From: a virus
IMG/VR virus record: IMGVR_UViG_3300029904_000005
Coordinates: 1-64,000 of that record
Reading direction: 5' to 3' (one strand)
DNA: 64,000 bases
The notes below the pieces were generated by a model. That model ran no database searches. It had not been told where the DNA came from and worked only from the letters and a program-made list of their open reading frames with translations. Each line of letters begins with the position of its first letter. The stretch's first letter is position 1. The position numbers were made by a program, and so were the translations under genes. Positions 16,451 through 24,968 of this stretch are shown piece by piece.

Positions 16451-17743
16451 ATGAATGAATTAATAGAAAGTAAGATAGAGGAACTGTATTCCTTGATTAT
16501 GGACAGGCCTAATCAGGTGCTGGCCATATTCAATGATTTCTTTGGTGAGGATAAGGTGGATATGCAGGGGTTCATAGGGGTTGATGAACTCAAGTCATGG
16601 TTTGATGTCACTCCTATCTCTGACTATGCCCCACGAGTTTTACTTGGTATGAGCAGGGAGGATTATAACAATTATGGAAGAAAGCCCTTAACTGACCTGA
16701 AAGATGAGGTACTTGATTCAGTCCTTAATCAACTTTGCAGTGGACGGATGATAGACAGTATAGGACAGATGAATTTCAGCTCAGGATTCATACTTGTACA
16801 TTTCCCCCATGTGAGGATTACCAATGAATATAATAGATTTGTGGATATTAACCACCTGTATGCAAAGGTCAAAGTGCTGTATAATGGCTCAATGAATGGT
16901 TATTTTTCTCTTAATAGAGCTGAATATACCTATCTTCATATCCGTAATAATTATATGCATTCTCATGTAAGCCAAATTCCTCTACGTAATTTTACAGAGT
17001 TTCAGAGTCCATGTACAGGCTCTGGTCCTATCAATAATACTATGGCCCGTCTCAACATTGATGGAGGATTTGACCCTGATATATGGAAACTGTTCTGTCT
17101 TGAGTTGAGTAAATATGTTGAGGTAGAATCCATTGAAGGAGTTCCTTATCACAGATTGGAAAGTCTTGGCATCTCAGGAATGAATGCTGGAGAAACTGAA
17201 TTTAGACTGGTTAATGAACTTAACTATTATGGAGATGGTATGGATGCGATGATTAAGGACTTTACTTCTCATTTCATCAGACAGGGTAAATTAAGATTCA
17301 ACTATGTGGATGGAAGTTATTCTATTGGTATGTCCTTTACTGAGTACATGCTTGTAATCAGTAATGAGTTCATTGACTGGTATAATAAAAGATTCAATAA
17401 CAAAGAGTCAAAATATATCTTTACCACACTCAAGAGCTGTGGCTTATTGAAAGAATGCATTGTAGCAAACAATAGAATCTATTATGGGGATTCTATTGAT
17501 AGGATAAATTCATATACAGCCTATAATGGTAAGAAAATGTGTACTTTTAAAGGTGAGGATGTACTTATCCACATTACAGACATCAATGAAGTGAAGGAAA
17601 GTAATAAATCTGTTGTACTCAATGTTAATATAGCATTGTATATATTGTCGAAAATTCTCCGTGTAATTAATTACAGATATGGAAAAGCAGAACAAAGAGA
17701 CCAAGAAGGTAATAGAATTAGTGAAGAAGTCAGATACATTTAA
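16451..17743 (+). CDS. hypothetical protein (about 430 aa)
   Basis: ORF 16412..17743 trimmed to the ATG at 16451, because the annotated start lies inside the terminator hairpin. Confidence 0.7.
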   Translation: MNELIESKIEELYSLIMDRPNQVLAIFNDFFGEDKVDMQGFIGVDELKSWFDVTPISDYAPRVLLGMSREDYNNYGRKPLTDLKDEVLDSVLNQLCSGRMIDSIGQMNFSSGFILVHFPHVRITNEYNRFVDINHLYAKVKVLYNGSMNGYFSLNRAEYTYLHIRNNYMHSHVSQIPLRNFTEFQSPCTGSGPINNTMARLNIDGGFDPDIWKLFCLELSKYVEVESIEGVPYHRLESLGISGMNAGETEFRLVNELNYYGDGMDAMIKDFTSHFIRQGKLRFNYVDGSYSIGMSFTEYMLVISNEFIDWYNKRFNNKESKYIFTTLKSCGLLKECIVANNRIYYGDSIDRINSYTAYNGKKMCTFKGEDVLIHITDINEVKESNKSVVLNVNIALYILSKILRVINYRYGKAEQRDQEGNRISEEVRYI

Positions 17744-18002
17744 GCTAATTATACCTGAAGAGGTTGAGAAAAAGATAAGATATATATGCCAGCAAATATG
17801 GAAAGATGAATGGTCTGGCACTCTCTTCTATAAACCAGAAGGGAGGTTTGAGGATGGTACTTTGGCTATCAGATGTGTGGATATTTATGTCATGGATATT
17901 GGAACTGCTGCCTATACAGAGTTTGATATGTCTCCTGATGTAATCAGCTATATGACTGATAATCCTGAGTTGCTTGACTGTCAGATGGGACTCATCCATT
18001 AA
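17679..18002 (+). CDS. hypothetical protein (107 aa)
   Basis: ORF track entry. Overlaps the upstream gene by 65 nt in another frame. Confidence 0.55.
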   Translation: MEKQNKETKKVIELVKKSDTFKLIIPEEVEKKIRYICQQIWKDEWSGTLFYKPEGRFEDGTLAIRCVDIYVMDIGTAAYTEFDMSPDVISYMTDNPELLDCQMGLIH

Positions 18003-18163
18003 GTGTGAGTGGATGTAAAACTGGGTGAATTGCTGGAAACTGGTAGATAAACCACAATCAGCAGCCAAGCATTAGGGTTAAAACCCTTTTGAAGGTTCAA
18101 CGACTAACACTTGAAACTGCTATTGCAGAATATAATAGTGACACGAGTGCCCAGCCCTATAGA

Positions 18164-18898
18164 TTATTTTATAGGTGATGATATAGTCTGAACTTGTTTA
18201 TATTTATCATAAGAGGAATGATTTATTCTTTGTAAGAATTTATCATGTTTCCTTTTATAATAAAAGGTTAAATTATTGTAACAATTAAAGAATTGCATAA
18301 CATCTTTTTTAGATGCAAATGCTAATCTTGGTATGGAATCATATTGTCTTATATGAGATTTATCTATAGATAGGTGGTCACATATTCCTTCAAGGAATTT
18401 CTGTGTACCTCTTATACTTATGTATAAAGAATAATCTTTACACAAGTATCCCCTATCATTAGTTCTTTCTCTATCTAAGACAGTTACACTTCCATCTCCA
18501 TCAAAGTATCCTATTATAAAAGCATTTCTATATTCCATAGGTATATTACATAATATATTATCCATAGATAAGCTTTTATTCTCAGTGATACCATATCTTC
18601 TTAAAGCATTTATTATAGGTCTTTTAGAAATTGTATATCTGATATGATGGATTTCCTTAGTTTTATCAAAGGAACTCTTTCTTCTAATTTCAAGCAATTT
18701 TCTATTAATATCTTGTAACTGATTCTTTATAAAATATAAAACAGCTCTGTCCTCATATTTAACCGTAATGGTTAAAGAAGTGGAAGAGGTTGATGTACCT
18801 TTCACTAAAGCACCATCTGCGGCTATAAACCCTAAGATATAGGCTTTTGAATAAGAATCAATTACATCAAAATAATGTACATTTACTGGGTATTTCAT
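18164..18898 (-). mobile_element. free-standing LAGLIDADG homing endonuclease (two LAGLIDADG motifs)
   Basis: Motifs ILGFIAADGAL and IIGYFDGDGSV. Only minus-strand gene in a + strand block. About 150 nt of non-coding DNA on both sides. Confidence 0.85.
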
Positions 18899-18908
18899 AT
18901 ATCTATTT

Positions 18909-18962
18909 ATTTAATTATGTACAAAGATAAGACTTTTAATTTAATTATGCAACAAGATAAGT
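18909..18962 (-). promoter_or_regulatory. tandem imperfect 24-bp direct repeats with a -7 box (TAtcTTTG on the minus strand) upstream of the homing endonuclease gene
   Basis: tttaattatgtacaaagataagac and tttaattatgcaacaagataagtc. The reverse complement of 18922-18929 is tatctttg, 23 nt before the ATG. Confidence 0.4.
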
Positions 18963-19050
18963 CCCTTTGTTATAATATTTAACTATTTTTATTAAAAACA
19001 AGAATGTTAGGATAAAGAGCCTAACAGATAACAATTAGTCACATAATAAC

Positions 19051-19959
19051 ATGAGTACCTTCTTCAGTGGTACAGATACTGCTACTCTGAAGGAAGAAGG
19101 CATAGACAGGAATCATTTTGTATCTCTGATTGTCAATAATGAGGGTACATATACAGCTGCCATTACAAGAAAGGTAAAAGCTGTAAAGACTATCACAGAA
19201 GATTTCTCCTATCCTACCTTTGAGGATGAGGAAATAACAGATACCAAGACCTATACAGTGGAAAGTGAGGAACTTGAGTGGTTTTATCTGAAGATTGAGT
19301 TTGAGAGCAGTTCCTTTCGTGAGGAACTTAAAGCAAGACTTGAGGAAATTAAGAATGTCAAAGCAGAGAAAGCCAGACAAAAGGCACTTAAGCAGCCTGT
19401 ATATGCTGGTGGGTATGGTAATTGGCAAAGTAGTAAGCCTCAGCAGGGTACTCTGTTCCCTGAAATTGGTAAGAAAGTAACACAATCATATATGGGACAA
19501 GCAGGTCCTGCCAATGAGGTTGTTAGAGAGGATAGTGACAGTTCCCTTTTTGATTATGACTATATTGATAATAAGATTTCAAATGATGTGCCTTATAATC
19601 ATGTAGAGTTCAATAAGGAAACTGTGAAATCACTTGTGCTTCAACTTGTTACAGGAAGTATTATTATACCTAATGCAAGTAAGATTGATGCTAGGAAATG
19701 GGCACAGGGTATGGTTCCTCTCTATGAAAGAAGATTTGGTAAAGGTAAGAAAGGAATGAAGTTGTTTGAGTCATGGGCTGAAGGTTATATTGAGTTCCTG
19801 TGTTGGTTCGCTGAGGATAGTGACCTTATAGAAATGGGACTGTGTGATGATGAGATTGCTGCAATATGTGCTTACAGTATAATCAAGGAACTTACCAAGT
19901 TGCCTGAAAATGTATATATTAAGAAGTATATTGATATTCTTAGAGGATATTTAATTTAA
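19051..19959 (+). CDS. hypothetical protein (302 aa)
   Basis: ORF track entry. The antisense ORF 19039..19485 was rejected. Confidence 0.75.
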   Translation: MSTFFSGTDTATLKEEGIDRNHFVSLIVNNEGTYTAAITRKVKAVKTITEDFSYPTFEDEEITDTKTYTVESEELEWFYLKIEFESSSFREELKARLEEIKNVKAEKARQKALKQPVYAGGYGNWQSSKPQQGTLFPEIGKKVTQSYMGQAGPANEVVREDSDSSLFDYDYIDNKISNDVPYNHVEFNKETVKSLVLQLVTGSIIIPNASKIDARKWAQGMVPLYERRFGKGKKGMKLFESWAEGYIEFLCWFAEDSDLIEMGLCDDEIAAICAYSIIKELTKLPENVYIKKYIDILRGYLI

Positions 19960-19969
19960 AGTAAATGAA

Positions 19970-21106
19970 ATGGAAGAATTAATGGATACAATATCTGATA
20001 GTGTAGAGCCTGCTGAGCCTATAACAGAGGAAACTACTCAAAATGTAATTGGGCCTGAAGCAATTGGTGTATCTTATGTAGATTCTACACAACTTGATAC
20101 AATACTTTTTGGTGTACATCATGGTCTCATTCCCTCTATTGAGCCTTATAGTGAGGCACCTTATACATATCAGCTGTCTTTTGGTAATGGTCATATTCTT
20201 TTCATCAATGACCATCAGTTCAGTATAATAGTTGAGGCAATAAGAAGGCATGAGAATGCAGCAACAGAACATATTGAACCTCTTCCTAACAGTGAACCTG
20301 ACAGTAGTCCTCTTTCAAAGGAAGAAGAGGAACTGTTGGCACAGGTAGTGGAGGAGGCACACAGTGAGATTCCTGTAAATTCAGATTCACTGCTTGTTGA
20401 TGAGTCTACTTCAAGATTCAGCTCTGCTATTTGGTATGAAGCAATTCAGAAGAAGACTATTCTACTTGCAGGTGTTGGTGGTATTGGTTCTTATGTAGGT
20501 TTTCTATTGGCAAGAATGAAGCCTGCTGCACTCTTTATTTATGACCCTGATATAGTTGAAACTGCTAATATGTCAGGCCAGTTATATAGTATGCATGATA
20601 TAGGAAATCACAAAGTAAGTGCTCTCTCAGGGATGATTAGTAGATATTGTGATTATGGCAGTACATTTGCAGTTCCTGAAAGATTTGATGAGACTAGTGA
20701 AGCTGCTGACATCATGATTTGTGGCTTTGACAATATGGCTGCAAGAAGGCTCTTCTTTAGTAAATGGCTAAATCATGTACAGAATAAACCTGCATCAGAA
20801 AGAGCTAATTGTCTGTATATAGATGGAAGACTGGCAGCAGAAGAGTTCCAAGTACTCTGTATTAAAGGAGATGATGAGTTCAATATCAACAGATATGGAA
20901 GGGAGTTCCTATTTTCTGATATAGAGGCAGATGCAACAGTATGTTCATATAAGCAGACTACATTCATGGCTAACATGATTGCATCTGTTATGGTCAATTT
21001 GTTTGTGAACTTTGTAGCAAATCAGAATAATCCTCTTATTGACAGAGACCTGCCATTCTATACTACATACAATGCAGAAACTATGTATTATAAAACTGAA
21101 GCATAA
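19970..21106 (+). CDS. ThiF/MoeB/E1-like adenylyltransferase with an N-terminal extension of about 150 aa
   Basis: Rossmann nucleotide-binding motif LLAGVGGIGSYVGFLL followed by E1-like core conservation. Confidence 0.7.
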   Translation: MEELMDTISDSVEPAEPITEETTQNVIGPEAIGVSYVDSTQLDTILFGVHHGLIPSIEPYSEAPYTYQLSFGNGHILFINDHQFSIIVEAIRRHENAATEHIEPLPNSEPDSSPLSKEEEELLAQVVEEAHSEIPVNSDSLLVDESTSRFSSAIWYEAIQKKTILLAGVGGIGSYVGFLLARMKPAALFIYDPDIVETANMSGQLYSMHDIGNHKVSALSGMISRYCDYGSTFAVPERFDETSEAADIMICGFDNMAARRLFFSKWLNHVQNKPASERANCLYIDGRLAAEEFQVLCIKGDDEFNINRYGREFLFSDIEADATVCSYKQTTFMANMIASVMVNLFVNFVANQNNPLIDRDLPFYTTYNAETMYYKTEA

Positions 21107-21882
21107 TGGAATATAGCTGGAGATATGCAAGCACTCTGAAAAAAGTATTTTCTTGGATTGATGATACTTCAGTAGGTGAGGTAGCTAATGAGTTGATTAC
21201 ACTTGGCAGACATAATGCCTTCAACAGGCTGTTTGTAGTTGATGTGTCCTCAGATGAGATTGAGGTTCCTACTTTTGCAAGGTCTGTTGTAGAGTCTACA
21301 GTCAGGAGGAATCTGGAGTATCCACATATAAGTCATGTAGGAAAAATAGTCATTCCAATGTATGTGAATACATATAATCTGGCAGCAAGAACTGCTGACA
21401 GTATAGTGAATATCTTCTTTTCAAGAACCAACTTCAATCAGAGGTTGCAGAAAGTTACAACAAACAAAGGAGAAGTGTATTACGGAGGCAAGGGGATTAT
21501 ATTGGATAAAGATTTCAATATCCTGCTTCTATGTACTATTGTTTGTAAAAAGACAGAAGATGTAGGGAAACAGATGATGTTTTATTATAAGCCTGTAATA
21601 CATGTAGGCCCACAAGTGTTTTTGAGAAATGAAGGTCTGATGAGCAAGTCCATTCTCAAAAAGATTATTCCTTTCTATATATCACACAATATGGGCTCAA
21701 TCAATACTCATAATTACTTCTGGGATGGCATCCCTGAAGGAACCAAACCTCAGGTACTGATTGATGATGTGAATAGGTTCATAGAACATCCTGCCAAACC
21801 ATCTCCTCAGAAGTGCTCAGATGATGTACTGAATCAATTACTTATAGATAATGTAGATGATGTACTGAATCAATTTCTATGA
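21106..21882 (+). CDS. hypothetical protein (258 aa)
   Basis: Ends with a tandem 20-nt repeat (gatgatgtactgaatcaatt, twice) encoding DDVLNQL/F. Confidence 0.75.
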   Translation: MEYSWRYASTLKKVFSWIDDTSVGEVANELITLGRHNAFNRLFVVDVSSDEIEVPTFARSVVESTVRRNLEYPHISHVGKIVIPMYVNTYNLAARTADSIVNIFFSRTNFNQRLQKVTTNKGEVYYGGKGIILDKDFNILLLCTIVCKKTEDVGKQMMFYYKPVIHVGPQVFLRNEGLMSKSILKKIIPFYISHNMGSINTHNYFWDGIPEGTKPQVLIDDVNRFIEHPAKPSPQKCSDDVLNQLLIDNVDDVLNQFL

Positions 21883-22556
21883 CACTTGAAGAGTATTTTG
21901 GTAGATGGATGAGGGTAATAGACAGAAAGGAGCTTGATTCTGTACTGAATAAACTTGCATTGGAATATAGAAGAAAACCTATTTGTCCTGCACAAAGTGA
22001 TGTGTTTAAAGCATTTGAGGTTTGCCCTTATGACAGTCTTAAAGTTGTAATGGTGGGTTGTGACCCATACCCTCAGAAGGGAGTGGCTACTGGAATACTG
22101 TTTGGTAATAAGAAGGGGACAAGAGATGAAGATTTGTCTCCTTCTTTACAAATAGTAAAAGAAGCTGCAATAAATTTTGAAGTTCCATATAATTGTATTA
22201 TCTTTGACCCCACATTAGAGAGTTGGGCGAAACAGGGGATTTTAATGATTAATTCAGCTCTTACAGTAGAAATGAACAGGATAGGTTCCCATGTAATGCT
22301 GTGGAGACCATTTATAGCAAGTTTATTGAAGAACCTATCTGAGAATGAGCCTGGTATAATTTATGTCTTATTTGGTAAACAGGCTCAGACATTCAAGCCT
22401 TATATAAATAAGCAGTTTAATACTGTATTGGAGGAGAATCATCCTGCATATTTTGCAAGAACAGGTGAGCCTATGCCACATATAGTATTTGAACAAATCA
22501 GTGAACTTACAAAAGATAAATATGGGATACCAATTACTTGGTATCAAGAGTATTAA
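21879..22556 (+). CDS. ung: uracil-DNA glycosylase (family 1-like)
   Basis: Motif VVMVGCDPYPQKG corresponds to the GQDPY water-activating loop. ENHPAYFAR corresponds to the HPSP region. Confidence 0.75.
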   Translation: MTLEEYFGRWMRVIDRKELDSVLNKLALEYRRKPICPAQSDVFKAFEVCPYDSLKVVMVGCDPYPQKGVATGILFGNKKGTRDEDLSPSLQIVKEAAINFEVPYNCIIFDPTLESWAKQGILMINSALTVEMNRIGSHVMLWRPFIASLLKNLSENEPGIIYVLFGKQAQTFKPYINKQFNTVLEENHPAYFARTGEPMPHIVFEQISELTKDKYGIPITWYQEY

Positions 22557-22576
22557 CTTTCTAAAATAAAAAAAAA

Positions 22577-23149
22577 ATGGAGAAATTTGTTTTGAAAAAT
22601 GGCCAAGAAGTTAAAATGGGCGACAGAATTGTTAAGCATGGAGTGACAGGCACCATCTTTGGTAAGATGTTTTCTGTGCAGGAAATTATTGTGAATGAGG
22701 AGACCTTGCCCAAACTGATTGAGGAGGGTGTGCTGATACCCATGAAGGAATGCCCTCATAAGGCTGGCTGTCCTTGCAGTCAGGGTGCAAAAAGTGAGAT
22801 TCCTATGGACATAAACTTCTACATTGAGAAGATTGCAGCCAGACTTGGTTGGAAACCTGAGAAGGTCTATAACTATCTCAATAGTGTGGACTCAATTCTT
22901 CCTGCTGCTGCATTCTCTATGATACTCAGAGAGATTGCCATTGAGTTGGATAAGAAGTATGAAGACCACATTGAGAACAGCCCTGAGATTTATGTAATCT
23001 CTATGACTGATGGTAGAATTACAAAAGCTAATAAGGCTCATATTAAGAACTACAGAAACTTTGCAGCATTCAGGTCTATAAATGACGCAAAGATTGCTTG
23101 TGGAATTGTAAGAGATGTACTCAAGGAAATGTTCAAAAGTGGAAAATAA
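22577..23149 (+). CDS. hypothetical protein (190 aa)
   Basis: ORF track entry; A10 run just upstream of the ATG. Confidence 0.75.
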   Translation: MEKFVLKNGQEVKMGDRIVKHGVTGTIFGKMFSVQEIIVNEETLPKLIEEGVLIPMKECPHKAGCPCSQGAKSEIPMDINFYIEKIAARLGWKPEKVYNYLNSVDSILPAAAFSMILREIAIELDKKYEDHIENSPEIYVISMTDGRITKANKAHIKNYRNFAAFRSINDAKIACGIVRDVLKEMFKSGK

Positions 23150-23615
23150 GAAGATTAGAGGGGCTACTAAGACTAAAACTCTTGGAATCACATTTAAATC
23201 TCAGTTAGAGAAGAGTCTGTATAAGACTCTTCTTGAGCTGGGATTCAAGCCTAAATATGAACCAAGAACCTTTGTGGTATGGGAAGGATTTACATCAATT
23301 ACTCCTTTTTATGATAAGGAAACTGATACTCAAAGAGATAGAAGAGACCCAAGAAGTTCTAAGATTCTGGTAGAGAAAAGTCCTATAGTACATCCTATAA
23401 GATATACTCCTGATATATACTTTGAGTACAATGGTATTGATGTCTGGATTGAAGCTAAAGGTATGGAAAATGATGTCTTTTATATAAAGAAAAAACTATT
23501 CAGGAAATACCTTGACAATATATTAGCTACTACTGGAAAGAAATCATTGTACTTTGAGGTATATACTAAGAAGCAGCTTTTACAGGCAATTGAAATTGTT
23601 AAGAACTATGAGTAA
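23115..23615 (+). CDS. putative PD-(D/E)XK family nuclease
   Basis: TPDIYFEYNGIDVWIEAKG fits PD...(D/E)xK spacing. The start may be later than 23115, which overlaps upstream by 35 nt. Confidence 0.45.
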   Translation: MYSRKCSKVENKKIRGATKTKTLGITFKSQLEKSLYKTLLELGFKPKYEPRTFVVWEGFTSITPFYDKETDTQRDRRDPRSSKILVEKSPIVHPIRYTPDIYFEYNGIDVWIEAKGMENDVFYIKKKLFRKYLDNILATTGKKSLYFEVYTKKQLLQAIEIVKNYE

Positions 23616-23919
23616 GCCAGTAGAGAGAATGAAGGCATTGATGTGCTCTTTGCCTGAAAGAGACATTCCTTTGGGGCATAAGTTCCTAAATGAGAGAGAC
23701 TTTGATTCACTAAAAGAGCTGATAGACTCAGCTATATATAAGGTGAGAAAGAGTCTGAAGAGTGACAATCCAAAAGAAGAGTACCTAATGGTAAGTCTTG
23801 AGGATTTAAGCAGATTGAAGTCTGAGGTAGATATGTACATTATTCAGCTGGAGATGCCTGAAAATGGTATATATGGTGAGGACTTGGATGATTGTGAATT
23901 TGAAGAGGAGTTTTACTAA
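23608..23919 (+). CDS. hypothetical protein (103 aa)
   Basis: ORF 23554..23919 trimmed to the in-frame ATG at 23608, leaving an 8-nt overlap. Confidence 0.6.
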   Translation: MSKPVERMKALMCSLPERDIPLGHKFLNERDFDSLKELIDSAIYKVRKSLKSDNPKEEYLMVSLEDLSRLKSEVDMYIIQLEMPENGIYGEDLDDCEFEEEFY

Positions 23920-24968
23920 TGGAGAGAAAATCTTTATATGATATATCTTGGAAAGTTGATGAGTCTACATACAGAGCTGACCCTGCATTAAGCTATTCCA
24001 CATTAGCAAGGTATGAGAGGGAAGGATTCAATAATCTTGAATATTTATTTGATAAATTGGAGACCCCATCCCTTACCTTTGGCAGTGCTGTAGATGCACT
24101 TATCACAGGTGGTCAGGAAGAGTTTGATAAGGAGTTTATGGTTGCTGATTTTCCTCCAGTTCCTGACAGTATAGTCACTATAGTGAAAGAGCTATTTCAG
24201 TGGCGTCATTCTACTAATAGGACCTTAGAGTCCATAGAGGATGATTTTATTATTGAGATGGCCTCAAAGTATAACTATCAGAATAACTGGAAACCAGAGA
24301 CAAGAGCTAAAGTTATCAAGGAGAAAGGTGCAGAGTATTATAAACTGCTGTATGTGGCAGGTGGCAGGGCTATACTTGATACTGGCACTTATCAAGATAT
24401 ATGCAATGCAGTAAAGGCACTTAAAGAGAGTGGGGCTACCAAGTTCTACTTTGCTGAAAATAATCCCTTTGAGCCTGATATTGAAAGATTCTATCAGCTA
24501 AAATTCAAAGGTGAATTTGATGGGGTAACTTATAGAAATATGGCTGACTTGATTATAGTCAATCATAAGGAGAAGTGGGTAAAGCCATGTGATTTAAAGA
24601 CAAGTTCCCATACAGAGTGGGATTTCTATAAGTCATTTGTACAGTGGAGGTATGATATTCAAGCAAGACTATACTGGGCCATCATAAGGCAGAATATGGA
24701 TAAGGATGAGTACTTTAAAGACTTCAGATTGCTTGATTATGATTTCATAGTAGTCAATAGGAGGACTCTTACACCATTGGTGTGGACTTGCCCATTCACA
24801 CAGTCAGTAGGCACACTTGTTTTTGGTAGGAATGAGCAGATTGAGTTCAGAGACCCATTCAAGATAGGCAATGAACTTCATACTTATCTCTCTTCAAGAC
24901 CAAAAGTGCCTATTGGAATAGAAGAAACAAAGTCAAATGATTTAAGAAAATGGCTTAACATACTATGA
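23919..24968 (+). CDS. hypothetical protein; possible RecB/Cas4-like PD-(D/E)XK nuclease
   Basis: Segment ADLIIVNHKEKWVKPCDLKTS (D...D.K). Weak support. Confidence 0.4.
   Translation: MERKSLYDISWKVDESTYRADPALSYSTLARYEREGFNNLEYLFDKLETPSLTFGSAVDALITGGQEEFDKEFMVADFPPVPDSIVTIVKELFQWRHSTNRTLESIEDDFIIEMASKYNYQNNWKPETRAKVIKEKGAEYYKLLYVAGGRAILDTGTYQDICNAVKALKESGATKFYFAENNPFEPDIERFYQLKFKGEFDGVTYRNMADLIIVNHKEKWVKPCDLKTSSHTEWDFYKSFVQWRYDIQARLYWAIIRQNMDKDEYFKDFRLLDYDFIVVNRRTLTPLVWTCPFTQSVGTLVFGRNEQIEFRDPFKIGNELHTYLSSRPKVPIGIEETKSNDLRKWLNIL

Noticed and set aside
19039-19485. 148-aa minus-strand ORF overlapping the start of 19051..19959
   Set aside because: Overlaps a longer + strand ORF in a block transcribed uniformly on the + strand. 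No promoter or RBS context.
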